From positions 1-25,503 of IMG/VR virus record IMGVR_UViG_3300005805_000439: DNA of 25,503 nt; one strand, written 5' to 3'. Made by a program: the position numbers and the translations under genes. Below the pieces are notes generated by a model. It did not search any database, was not told where the DNA came from, and worked only from the letters and a program-made list of their open reading frames with translations. This document shows positions 7,222 through 16,124 of this stretch, piece after piece (the stretch's first letter is position 1; each line of letters opens with the position of its first letter). The DNA is from a virus. Its lineage: Duplodnaviria; Caudoviricetes.

Positions 7222-9288
7222 ATGGCCAGAATTTCCCGAGATCAGCAGCTTGCCAATCTGCACGCTGAGGCGCTGGCTGAGTTCGACAACATCCAGACAG
7301 CCCTGCGTGACGAGCGTCTGCAGTGCTTGCAGGACCGTCGCTTCTACAGCCTGGCAGGCAGCCAATGGGAAGGCCCACTTTGGGACCAGTACGCCAATAA
7401 GCCCAAGTTCGAGGTGAACAAGGTTCACCTGGCCGTCATCCGCATCATCAACGAGTACCGCAACAACCGGATCACCGTTGACTTCACCAGCAAGGACGGC
7501 GAGGAACGCGACGACCTGGCCGACACCTGCGACGGTCTGTACCGCGCGGACGAGCAAGACAGCGTGGCTGACGAGGCCTATGACAACGCCTTCGAGGAAG
7601 CAGTCGGCGGCGGCTTCGGTGCATGGCGTCTGCGCACCGTCTACGAGGACGAGGAAGACCCAGACAACGACAAGCAGCGCATCCGCATCGAGCCGATCTT
7701 TGACGCGGACTCGTCCGTGTTCTTTGACCTGGAGGCCAAGCGCCAGGACAAAGCCGACGCCAAGCGCTGCTTCGTGATCACGGCCATGACCCGCGAGGCC
7801 TACAAGGACACGTGGAACGACGATCCGACAAGCTGGCCCAAGATCATCCACCAGTACGAGTTCGACTGGTGCACACCCGATGTGGTCTACGTGGCCGAGT
7901 ACTACCGCGTCGAGGAAAAGACCGAGACGGTCCGCATCTTCCGCACCATCGCTGGCGAGGAAGAACGCTACACCCAGGCCGACTTCGACAAGGACGAGAC
8001 CCTGGAAGAAACGCTGGAGGCCGTTGGCACGGTCGAGGTCCGGCGCAAGAAGTTCAAGACCCGGCGCGTGCACAAGTACATCATGTCGGGCGGCAAGATT
8101 CTGGAGGACGCTGGCTACATCGCAGGCAAGTGCATCCCCATCGTGCCGGTCTACGGCAAGCGCTGGTTCGTGGACAACATCGAGCGCTGCATGGGCCACG
8201 TGCGCCTGGCCAAGGATGCGCAGCGCCTGAAGAACATGCAACTGTCCAAGCTGGGCGAGATCAGCGCGCTGTCCAGCGTCGAGAAGCCGATCCTCACGCC
8301 TGAGCAGGTCGCTGGCCACCAGGTCATGTGGGCAGAGGACAACCTCAAGGACTATCCGTACCTGCTGATCAACCCGATCACGGACCAGAACGGCAACCAA
8401 GCTGTCAGCGGCCCGGTGGCCTACACCCGCAGCCCGGCCATCCCTCCGGCCATGGCAGCTCTGCTCCAGATCACCGAGCAGGACATGCAGGACATTTTGG
8501 GCAACTCGCAGCAGGCCGACAAGATGGTCAGCAACATCTCCGGCAAGGCCGTCGAGATGATCCAGAGCCGTCTGGACATGCAGACCTTCATCTACATGAG
8601 CAACTTCGCCAAGGGCATGAAGCGCTGTGGTGAAATCTGGCTGTCGATGGCACGCGAGGTCTACAGCGAGGACGGCCGCAAGATGAAGGCCATCACCGCC
8701 AGCGGCGATGTGCAGGCAGTCGAGTTGCTCAAGCCGATGGTCGACCAGGAGACTGGCGAGATCATCCTGCAGAACGACTTGAGTTCGGCCAGCTTCGATG
8801 TGGACGTCGAGGTTGGCCCTTCCAGCAGCAGCAAGCGCGCTGCCACCGTCCGTGCCTTGACCGGCATGATGGCCATCACCTCCGACCCAGAAACCTCGCA
8901 GGTGCTGCAGGCCATGGCCATGATGAACATGGAGGGCGAGGGCATCAGCGAGGTGCGCGACTTCTTCCGCAAGAAGCTGGTGCGCATGGGCGTGGTCGAG
9001 CCGACCGAGGCCGAGGCCGAAGAACTGGCGGCCATGCTGCAAGGCCAGCAAGACCCGAACGCGATCTTCCTGCAGGCAGCGGCCGAAGAGGCCATCGCCA
9101 AAGCAGCCAGGGCGCGTGCCGACACGGTCAAGACCGTGGCCGACGCAGAACTGTCGCGCGCGCGCACAGTCGAGACGCTGGCCAAGGTGGACATGGATTC
9201 TCAAGACCACGCGCTGAATCTGGCGCGTGAGATTGGCGGCGGTGTGGTGGAGCAGGCGCAGCCTGTCACCGGCCAGCAGCCAATGTGA
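7222..9288 (+). CDS. Portal protein, P22 gp1-like
   Basis: 688 aa after terL; GSQW, GFGAWR, GKCIPIVPVYG, GHVRLAKDAQR and DVDVEVGPS motifs; C-terminal helical barrel region. Confidence 0.93.
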   Translation: MARISRDQQLANLHAEALAEFDNIQTALRDERLQCLQDRRFYSLAGSQWEGPLWDQYANKPKFEVNKVHLAVIRIINEYRNNRITVDFTSKDGEERDDLADTCDGLYRADEQDSVADEAYDNAFEEAVGGGFGAWRLRTVYEDEEDPDNDKQRIRIEPIFDADSSVFFDLEAKRQDKADAKRCFVITAMTREAYKDTWNDDPTSWPKIIHQYEFDWCTPDVVYVAEYYRVEEKTETVRIFRTIAGEEERYTQADFDKDETLEETLEAVGTVEVRRKKFKTRRVHKYIMSGGKILEDAGYIAGKCIPIVPVYGKRWFVDNIERCMGHVRLAKDAQRLKNMQLSKLGEISALSSVEKPILTPEQVAGHQVMWAEDNLKDYPYLLINPITDQNGNQAVSGPVAYTRSPAIPPAMAALLQITEQDMQDILGNSQQADKMVSNISGKAVEMIQSRLDMQTFIYMSNFAKGMKRCGEIWLSMAREVYSEDGRKMKAITASGDVQAVELLKPMVDQETGEIILQNDLSSASFDVDVEVGPSSSSKRAATVRALTGMMAITSDPETSQVLQAMAMMNMEGEGISEVRDFFRKKLVRMGVVEPTEAEAEELAAMLQGQQDPNAIFLQAAAEEAIAKAARARADTVKTVADAELSRARTVETLAKVDMDSQDHALNLAREIGGGVVEQAQPVTGQQPM

Positions 9289-9295
9289 CGAATAT

Positions 9296-9325
9296 GCGGT
9301 ATCCACCCAGCCGCTTCAGTGGGTG
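9296..9325 (+). promoter_or_regulatory. Predicted H-type RNA pseudoknot in the scaffold gene leader
   Basis: GCGGU(9296-9300)/GCCGC(9310-9314) interleaved with CACCCA(9304-9309)/UGGGUG(9320-9325). Confidence 0.5.
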
Positions 9326-9338
9326 AGTTTGATGGGGT

Positions 9339-10241
9339 ATGACGATGGGAAAAAAGGCAGAAGACGGAGATCAGATCGAAATCGAAGACATCGAGGTACT
9401 CGAGGACGAGGATCGTCAGACTGAGAACGTGGGTGATGAGGACAATTCCATCACCGACCAGGACGACGAGGCCAACACCGACGAGGACACTGGCGATGGC
9501 GACGATGAGGTCGTGGTTTCCATTGGAGAGGACGCGCCACCTCCCGAAGAGACGACTCGTGCGCCTGAGTGGGTTCGTGAGTTGCGTAAGGCAGACAGAG
9601 AGAAAGCACGTCGAATCAAGGAACTCGAAGCCAAGCTGAACGCTGCTGCAGCGACTGAGACCAAGCCGGTCGCGCTGGGAGCGAAGCCAAAGCTGGAGGA
9701 CCACGACTACGACACGGAGAAGTTCGAAGCAGCACTGGCCGATTGGTACGAGCGCAAGCGCGTGGCTGATCAGCAAGTCGAGCAGCAGCGCCAGGCCGAG
9801 AAGGCCCAGCACGATGCTTGGCAAGCGAGGCTTGATTCCTACGGCAAGGCGAGAGCCGAGTTGAAGGTGCGCGACTTTGAGGACGCTGAGGCCACGGCCC
9901 AGGAAGTTCTCGACGTCACGCAGCAAGGCATCGTGGTGCAAGGCGCGGACAACCCGGCTCTGGTGATTTACGCACTCGGCAAGAATCCGAAGAAGGCCAA
10001 GGAGATCGCTGGCATCAAAGACCCCGTGAAGTTTGCCTTTGCGGTAGCGAAACTTGAAAAGGAATTGAAAGTGACGAACCGTAAGGCAGCACCACCGCCT
10101 GAGCGCACCATCCAGGGAACTGGTCGCGTGTCTGGGGCAGTGGACTCAACCCTCGAACGGCTGCGTGCTGAAGCTGAGAAGACTGGCAACTACACGAAAG
10201 TGCTCCAGTACAAACGGCAGAAGCAAACGGCAAAAGCCTAA
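9339..10241 (+). CDS. Scaffolding protein, P22 gp8-like (start may be 9345)
   Basis: Between portal and coat; acidic N-terminus, coiled coils, C-terminal helix-turn-helix LERLRAEAEKTGNYTKVLQYKRQK resembling the gp8 coat-binding domain. Confidence 0.88.
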   Translation: MTMGKKAEDGDQIEIEDIEVLEDEDRQTENVGDEDNSITDQDDEANTDEDTGDGDDEVVVSIGEDAPPPEETTRAPEWVRELRKADREKARRIKELEAKLNAAAATETKPVALGAKPKLEDHDYDTEKFEAALADWYERKRVADQQVEQQRQAEKAQHDAWQARLDSYGKARAELKVRDFEDAEATAQEVLDVTQQGIVVQGADNPALVIYALGKNPKKAKEIAGIKDPVKFAFAVAKLEKELKVTNRKAAPPPERTIQGTGRVSGAVDSTLERLRAEAEKTGNYTKVLQYKRQKQTAKA

Positions 10242-10261
10242 ATTTTTGAAAGGACAAAATC

Positions 10262-11551
10262 ATGTCTAACGCATTTTCCAAAGAAGAACGCGTCGCGTTT
10301 GAAGACCTGCTCGAAGGCTTCCACGATGCACTGGTGCTCTCGCGCAACGTGGGCATCTACAACACCGACCAGACGATGATGGCTCGTACCAACGACATCA
10401 TCTGGCGTCCGCAGCCCTACATCGCTCAGTCGATTGCGTCCACCCCTGGCCAGGCCATCCCCGGCTACCAGGACATGACGCAGCTGGCCGTTCCTGCCAC
10501 CATCGGCTTCAGCCGCACGGTGCCCTGGACCATGACCACGCTCGACCTGCGCGATGCACTGCAGGAAGGCCGTCTGGGTGAGGCTGCCAAGCAAAAGCTG
10601 GCATCGGACATCAACCTGGCGATCATGAACGCTGCTGCGAACCTCGGCTCGCTGGTGGTGGACATTGGCGCACCGGCTGGTACCTACGATGACATCGCTG
10701 AGTGCGACAGCATCATGAACGAGCAGGGCGTGGCCAACTACGACCGCTACCTGGCGCTGTCCAGCCGCGACTACAACGGTCTGGCTGGCAACATCGCCAC
10801 TGGCGCGTCTGGTACCGCTGCCCGTTCGTTCAACGGCAACAAGTCGAACAGCGCCTTCGAGCGTTCGTTCGTCGGCATGGTGGCTGGTTTCGAGACCTTC
10901 AAGTTCGACTACGCCAACCGCCTGCTGGCCGCTGCTCCTGCCGTGCCGGTCACCATCGACACCCAGGCTGCTGCCAACAACTACTACGTGCCTGCGGCCA
11001 CCTCGACGGCTCTGTCCGGCGAGACCCAGAACGTGGACAACCGCTTCCAAACCATCACCGTGAACGACACCACCGGCCTTGCTGCTGGCGATGCCTTCAC
11101 GATTGCTGGCGTCGAGGCTGTGCACCACATCACCAAGCAAGGTACTGGCCAGGACAAGACCTTCCGCGTGGTGAGCGTGACCAACGGCACCACCATGGTC
11201 ATCACCCCGCCGATCATCTCGGCCCAGGGTGGCTCTGATGCTGAACTCCAGTACCAGAACGTGATCGTGACTCCGAACGCTGCTGCTCCCATCACCTTCC
11301 TGAACGCTCAGACCGCTGCGGTCAACGTGTTCTGGCAGCGTGATGCTCTGGAACTGCTGCCCGGCCGCTACGCTGTCCCGACCGATGCTGGCACTGCAGT
11401 GATGCGCGCCACCACCGACCAGGGCATCGAAGTGGTGATGCAGAAGTTCTACGACATTGACTCGATGACGATCAAGTACCGTCTCGACACGCTGTTCGGC
11501 GTGGTCAACAAGCAGCCTGAGATGAGCGGCATCCTGCTGTTCAACCAGTAA
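10262..11551 (+). CDS. Major capsid protein, P22 gp5-like
   Basis: 429 aa after the scaffold; IIWRP, KLASDI, AGDAFTIAGV (I-domain), C-terminal RLDTLFGVVNKQPEMSG; codon usage typical of a highly expressed gene. Confidence 0.95.
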   Translation: MSNAFSKEERVAFEDLLEGFHDALVLSRNVGIYNTDQTMMARTNDIIWRPQPYIAQSIASTPGQAIPGYQDMTQLAVPATIGFSRTVPWTMTTLDLRDALQEGRLGEAAKQKLASDINLAIMNAAANLGSLVVDIGAPAGTYDDIAECDSIMNEQGVANYDRYLALSSRDYNGLAGNIATGASGTAARSFNGNKSNSAFERSFVGMVAGFETFKFDYANRLLAAAPAVPVTIDTQAAANNYYVPAATSTALSGETQNVDNRFQTITVNDTTGLAAGDAFTIAGVEAVHHITKQGTGQDKTFRVVSVTNGTTMVITPPIISAQGGSDAELQYQNVIVTPNAAAPITFLNAQTAAVNVFWQRDALELLPGRYAVPTDAGTAVMRATTDQGIEVVMQKFYDIDSMTIKYRLDTLFGVVNKQPEMSGILLFNQ

Positions 11552-11564
11552 GCAGAGTAGGACA

Positions 11565-11588
11565 ATGGAGGGGCTTCGGCCCCTCCAT
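11565..11588 (+). terminator. Stable stem-loop after the capsid gene (terminator-like or mRNA-stabilising)
   Basis: ATGGAGGGGC-TTCG-GCCCCTCCAT, 10-bp stem with a cUUCGg tetraloop; no U-tract. Confidence 0.6.
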
Positions 11589-11601
11589 CCACAAGGAGAA
11601 C

Positions 11602-11778
11602 ATGATGCCCCTGACCAAAGGTTACTCAAGCAAGTCCATCGGGAAGAACATCTCGAAGGAGATGAAGGCTGGCATGCCTCAGAAGCAGGCCGTGGCCGTG
11701 GCCCTGAACGTGGCGCGCAAGGCTGCTAAGGCTGCAGGCAAGCCCAGCAAGGCACCGGCAAAGAAGGCCAAGAAATGA
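11602..11778 (+). CDS. Small Lys/Ala-rich basic protein (58 aa), not in the ORF track
   Basis: SD AAGGAG; MMPLTKGYSSKSIGKNISKEMKAGMPQKQAVAVALNVARKAAKAAGKPSKAPAKKAKK. Confidence 0.85.
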   Translation: MMPLTKGYSSKSIGKNISKEMKAGMPQKQAVAVALNVARKAAKAAGKPSKAPAKKAKK

Positions 11779-11948
11779 AGCCCGGCCTCTACGCCAACAT
11801 TCACGCCAAGCGTGAGCGCATTGAGCGCCAGAAGGCTGCAGGCAAGACGCCTGACCGCATGCGCAAGCCTGGCACCAAAGGCGCGCCCACCGAGGCCGCA
11901 TTCAAAGCGGCGGCCAAGACCGCCAAGAAACCGAAGGCAAAAAAATGA
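11775..11948 (+). CDS. Small basic protein (57 aa), not in the ORF track
   Basis: ATGA-coupled at both ends; MKPGLYANIHAKRERIERQKAAGKTPDRMRKPGTKGAPTEAAFKAAAKTAKKPKAKK. Confidence 0.85.
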   Translation: MKPGLYANIHAKRERIERQKAAGKTPDRMRKPGTKGAPTEAAFKAAAKTAKKPKAKK

Positions 11949-12418
11949 GCACTCTGCCCTGCTTCATCTTCCGCGCGCCTGGCCCGATCCGGCGTGCCCG
12001 TTACAGCTACAGCACCATGACGGTGGCCAGCCAGTCGCAACTGGACGAGAAGCTGGCCAGCGGCTGGCACCTGACGCTGGAGCAGGCCATCGATGCAGCA
12101 GGAGAGAGCGCTTCCCGCCACCTGGCCAAGCGCAAGGTGCGCGTGCGCAAGGTCCGGGTTCAGGTCCGTCCCCAGCCCCGCCGAGCGTCTGCAAGGCGTG
12201 CGGCCGCTGAGGACAAGGCCGTGCCGCAGGCTCCGGCCGTGGAGGTCCAGGCACCTGTTGAAGCTCCGACAGCCGTGCCAGACGACAACGCTGCACCGAC
12301 CCGCATCGAGTTGGTGGCCAAGGCCACGGAACTTGGCCTGAAGTTCACCAAGCGCACCAGCGACGAAAAGTTGCTGGCCTTGATCGAGGCAGCACTCAAG
12401 CAAGCAGAGGAGGTGTGA
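11945..12418 (+). CDS. Hypothetical protein with an Arg-rich middle and C-terminal HeH/LEM-like helical motif
   Basis: 157 aa; KRKVRVRKVRV segment; PTRIELVAKATELGLKFTKRTSDEKLLALI; post-coat position. Confidence 0.75.
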   Translation: MSTLPCFIFRAPGPIRRARYSYSTMTVASQSQLDEKLASGWHLTLEQAIDAAGESASRHLAKRKVRVRKVRVQVRPQPRRASARRAAAEDKAVPQAPAVEVQAPVEAPTAVPDDNAAPTRIELVAKATELGLKFTKRTSDEKLLALIEAALKQAEEV

Positions 12419-12419
12419 G

Positions 12420-12902
12420 ATGGGCTACAGCAAGCGCCAATTTGTAGCAGCAGCGTTCGAGGAAATCGGCCTGGCCTCTTACGCCTTTGACCTGCAGCCG
12501 CAGCAGTTCGAGTCTGCCCTGCGCAGGCTCGACGCCATGATGGCATCCTGGAACGCGCTGGGCATTCGCCTGGGCTACCCGCTGCCGTCCAGTCCTCAGT
12601 TCAGCGACCTCGACGCACAGTCCGAGGTGCCCGATAGCGCCAACGAGGCCATCATCACAAACTTGGCGATCAAGCTGGCTCCCGGCTACGGCAAGCAGGT
12701 CATGCCTGAAACCAAGGCCACGGCCAAGGAGACCTACAACACGCTGCTCTCGCGCGCTGCCGTGCCGATGGAGCAGCAACTGCCTTCGACCATGCCGTCC
12801 GGCGCTGGCAACAAGCCATGGCGCGTCTACGACGACCCGTTCCTGCGTCCTCCTGTTGATCCGGTGCTGGCCGGTCAGGACGGCCCCATCCAGTTCTACT
12901 GA
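12420..12902 (+). CDS. Head-to-tail adaptor / packaged DNA stabilization protein, P22 gp4-like
   Basis: KRQFVAAAFEEIGLAS...QPQQFESALRRLDAMMASW, NLAIKLAPGYG and MPSGAGNK resemble gp4; 160 aa; SD GGAGG. Confidence 0.9.
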   Translation: MGYSKRQFVAAAFEEIGLASYAFDLQPQQFESALRRLDAMMASWNALGIRLGYPLPSSPQFSDLDAQSEVPDSANEAIITNLAIKLAPGYGKQVMPETKATAKETYNTLLSRAAVPMEQQLPSTMPSGAGNKPWRVYDDPFLRPPVDPVLAGQDGPIQFY

Positions 12903-12913
12903 AAGGATTGACC

Positions 12914-13369
12914 ATGCCCCAGATCAACCAACTCCCGTTGCTGGCCCAGGTATCGCCTGGCGACCAAGTTCCCATTTACAGCCCGAACAACGGTGACGCG
13001 CGGCGTCTGCCGATCAGTTCGCTGCTGCAGTATTTCCAGCAGACCTTCGCCAGCCCCACGCTGGCCACCAACGTCTACACGCCTGGCACCGGCTTCAACT
13101 TGTCCGTGCCCACGCCTGTGGCGGCCCAGCAGTGGATGCTGATCCAGCCTGCTGGCACGCTGGCCACCGGCACCGTGACCTTGCCGCTGAACACCCAGAC
13201 CCCTGACGGCACCGAGGTGCTGGTCACGACCACGCAGCAGATCACGGCCTTCACGCTTGGGCAGAACGGTGCTGCTGCCGTTTATGGCGCACCTGGCACG
13301 CTGGCCGCTGAGGACTTCTTCCGAGTGCGCTTTGTGCAGGCCACCAACTCCTGGTACCGGATCGCTTGA
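12914..13369 (+). CDS. Putative virion structural protein (beta-rich, 151 aa)
   Basis: SD AAGGA then ATG 12914; Thr/Pro/Gly-rich, ends WYRIA; lies between gp4 and gp10. Confidence 0.75.
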   Translation: MPQINQLPLLAQVSPGDQVPIYSPNNGDARRLPISSLLQYFQQTFASPTLATNVYTPGTGFNLSVPTPVAAQQWMLIQPAGTLATGTVTLPLNTQTPDGTEVLVTTTQQITAFTLGQNGAAAVYGAPGTLAAEDFFRVRFVQATNSWYRIA

Positions 13370-13371
13370 CC

Positions 13372-13659
13372 ATGGCAACCAAGAAAGACCCGCGTCTGGA
13401 GCGCGTCGGCGTCGAGGGCTACAACAAGCCCAAGCGCACGCCTTCGCATCCCACGAAGTCGCACGTTGTGGTGGCCAAGGCTGGCGACCAGGTCAAAACC
13501 ATCAGGTTCGGCCAGCAGGGTGTGTCCGGGTCTCCGAAGCGCGAAGGGGAGTCCAAGGCAGACAAGGCGCGGCGCGAGTCCTTCAAGGCACGCCACGCCA
13601 GCAACATTGCCAAGGGCAAGATGAGCGCAGCGTATTGGGCAGACAAAGTGAAGTGGTGA
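13372..13659 (+). CDS. Small basic conserved phage protein (95 aa)
   Basis: MATKKDPRL...KTIRFGQQG...RRESFKARH...MSAAYWADKVKW; fills the gap in the operon. Confidence 0.82.
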   Translation: MATKKDPRLERVGVEGYNKPKRTPSHPTKSHVVVAKAGDQVKTIRFGQQGVSGSPKREGESKADKARRESFKARHASNIAKGKMSAAYWADKVKW

Positions 13660-13664
13660 CCTGA

Positions 13665-15110
13665 ATGCAGATTCCAATCCTCAACGGCATCTACACGGAC
13701 AACGGTCCGGACATTCGCACGTCCTATCCGGTTAACCTTGTGCCGGTGCCGAAGAAGTCTGGCATCAGCAACGGGTTTCTCCGGCCCGGCGACGGCCTGG
13801 TGGCCAACGGCACCGGCCCAGGCATCGACCGAGGCGGCATCAACTGGAACGGCACCTGCTACCGCGTCATGGGCACCAAGCTCGTGACCGTGGCCAGCAA
13901 CGGCACTGTGACCGTGCTGGGCGATGTGGGCGGCCCCATCAACACGCTGGTGACGTTTGACTACAGCTTTGATGTGCTTGCCATTGCATCTGGTGGGCGA
14001 CTTTATTACTGGATACCAACAAACACTCCAGGGACAATTCCTTGGAATCCTGTTGCTCCAGCCCTGGTTCAAGTGACCGATCCAGACCTTGGTGTGGTGA
14101 TCGACTTCTGCTGGGTGGACGGCTACTTCATGACCACGGATGGCACTAACCTGGTGGTGACAGAACTGTCAAATCCAACACAGGTCAACCCGCTGAAGTA
14201 TGGCTCCAGCGAAGTCGATCCAGATCCGGTCGTGGCGCTGCTCAAGCTGCGCAACGAGGTATACGCACTGAACCGAAACACCATCGAGGTGTTCGACAAC
14301 GTGGGCGGCGACTTCTTCCCTTTCCAGCGCATCGATGGAGCGCAGATTCAGAAGGGCGTTATCGGCACGTTCGCATGCTGCGTCTACCTTGAGACTGTGG
14401 CCTTCTTGGGCAGTGGCCGAAATGAGCAGCCAGGCATCTACCTTGGCGCAAACGCCACGGCTCAGAAAATCAGCACGCAAGAAATTGACCAGGTCTTGCT
14501 TGGCTACACGGAAGCGCAACTGTCCATGGTGAAGCTGGAAGCGCGTAACGACAAAAGCCATCAGCACCTGTATGTGCACCTTCCAGATCGCACCATCGTC
14601 TACGACGCGGCGGCCAGCGAGGCGCTGGGTGAGCAGGTTTGGTTCACCCTGACAACCAGCCAGGTCGGCTTCAGCCAGTACCGGGCGCGCAATCTGGTTT
14701 GGGCATACGACAAGTGGCTTGTGGGCGACCCTCAGTCCAGCACCATCGGTTACTTGGTCGACGACATTGGAAGTCATTGGGGACAGATTGTTCGCTGGGA
14801 ATTCGGCACGCTGATCGCCTACAACGAAGGCAACGGTGCAATCTTCAACGAACTGGAACTGGTCGCGCTGACCGGCCGTGTGGCGCTGGGCGTTGATCCG
14901 ATCATCAGCACCAGCTACTCGGTGGACGGCTTGGCCTGGAGTCAAGACCGACCCATCCGAGTTGGCACCACCGGCAGCACCAAGAAGCGCCTGGCCTGGT
15001 TCCAGCAGGGCCACATGCTGAACTGGCGAATCCAGCGCTTCCGTGGCGACACGCAGGCGCACCTGTCGTTCGCCAGGCTTGAGGCACAAATCGAGGCGCT
15101 TGCGTACTGA
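13665..15110 (+). CDS. Tail hub / packaged DNA stabilization protein, P22 gp10-like
   Basis: 481 aa; PVNLVPVPK, YRVMGTKL, SSEVDPD, KISTQEID and HLYVHLP motifs; syntenic position. Confidence 0.88.
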   Translation: MQIPILNGIYTDNGPDIRTSYPVNLVPVPKKSGISNGFLRPGDGLVANGTGPGIDRGGINWNGTCYRVMGTKLVTVASNGTVTVLGDVGGPINTLVTFDYSFDVLAIASGGRLYYWIPTNTPGTIPWNPVAPALVQVTDPDLGVVIDFCWVDGYFMTTDGTNLVVTELSNPTQVNPLKYGSSEVDPDPVVALLKLRNEVYALNRNTIEVFDNVGGDFFPFQRIDGAQIQKGVIGTFACCVYLETVAFLGSGRNEQPGIYLGANATAQKISTQEIDQVLLGYTEAQLSMVKLEARNDKSHQHLYVHLPDRTIVYDAAASEALGEQVWFTLTTSQVGFSQYRARNLVWAYDKWLVGDPQSSTIGYLVDDIGSHWGQIVRWEFGTLIAYNEGNGAIFNELELVALTGRVALGVDPIISTSYSVDGLAWSQDRPIRVGTTGSTKKRLAWFQQGHMLNWRIQRFRGDTQAHLSFARLEAQIEALAY

Positions 15111-15112
15111 CC

Positions 15113-16123
15113 ATGGCCACGCAAAAACTCAACCTCACCCGCGACCAGCTTGCTACGTTCCTGAAGAACCACGAGCAGATCAAGCAGTTTGAGCGTCTGT
15201 TCCAGGTCGCTGATGAAGTCTCGCCTTCCAGCGACACCACCGGCATCAGCATCCAGGCAGGCAATGCAGATGCTGCGGCCACTGAAGCGCTGGCGCAGAT
15301 CGTCAGGCTGGCGCAAGACGCAGCCACCAACAGCGGCGCGGCAGACCAGAAAGCGGTGCAGGCGCTGGACGCACTCGGCCGGATCGCCAATGCCCTGGAG
15401 ATGCTGGCCACGGCTCCGGTCATCCAAAACAACAACTCGGTGGTGACGGACTACATTGACCTGCCAGAGATCGGCCCCCACGTGTCGCAGGCGCGGCGCG
15501 TGCAGTGGAATCAGGACGATGGCACGATGGACGTTGGCCTGTACGGCGGCAGCGTGTTGCAGGTCGGCCAGGAGTTGATGTACTACGCCAAGAACACCAG
15601 TGGCAGCCTGATCGCCAACGGCACGCCTGTGATGTTCACCGGCACCATCGGGTCATCCGGAAAGCTGACGTTTGGCCTGGCCATCGCTGACGGTTCGGTG
15701 TTGTCCGACTACATGATGGGCGTGACCACACAGGACATCCCAAACAACGAGTTTGGCTATGTGACCAGCTTTGGCCTGGTGCGCGGCTTCAACACGACAG
15801 GCGCACCTTACGGCCAAGTCTGGAACGATGGCGACCTGCTCTATTTCGATCCGGCAGCACCTGGCACCTGGACAAATGTCCAGCCCCAAGCCCCCAGCAT
15901 CGATGTGCCTGTGGCAGTGGTCGTCAACGCTGGCGGCGGTGGCTCCGGCTCGATCTTCGTGCGCATGACCATTGCCGAGTCGCTGGCCCGGCTGCAAGAC
16001 GTCTACATCAACGGCACCGGAACCCCCAACGACTTCGATGTGCTGCTCTACGATGCCACGCAGTCCCGCTGGGAAAACAAACCCGCATCTGCTGTGCAGG
16101 TGCTTGAATGGATGAGCATGTGA
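15113..16123 (+). CDS. Putative tail needle (gp26 position) with extra C-terminal domains
   Basis: Follows gp10; N-terminal ~100 aa Ala-rich coiled coil, then beta-rich domains. Confidence 0.6.
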   Translation: MATQKLNLTRDQLATFLKNHEQIKQFERLFQVADEVSPSSDTTGISIQAGNADAAATEALAQIVRLAQDAATNSGAADQKAVQALDALGRIANALEMLATAPVIQNNNSVVTDYIDLPEIGPHVSQARRVQWNQDDGTMDVGLYGGSVLQVGQELMYYAKNTSGSLIANGTPVMFTGTIGSSGKLTFGLAIADGSVLSDYMMGVTTQDIPNNEFGYVTSFGLVRGFNTTGAPYGQVWNDGDLLYFDPAAPGTWTNVQPQAPSIDVPVAVVVNAGGGGSGSIFVRMTIAESLARLQDVYINGTGTPNDFDVLLYDATQSRWENKPASAVQVLEWMSM

Positions 16124-16124
16124 C

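Noticed and set aside
7045-9306. 753-aa antisense ORF (also 10238..11629, 19673..21481, 1666..2787, 4259..5392 and 5770..6828 on the minus strand)
   Set aside because: Shadow ORFs opposite well-supported genes, expected from GC-rich codon bias; no recognisable motifs
11812-12210. 132-aa plus-strand ORF over the basic-protein cluster
   Set aside because: Conflicts with the ATGA-coupled 57-aa and 157-aa genes, which tile the region exactly
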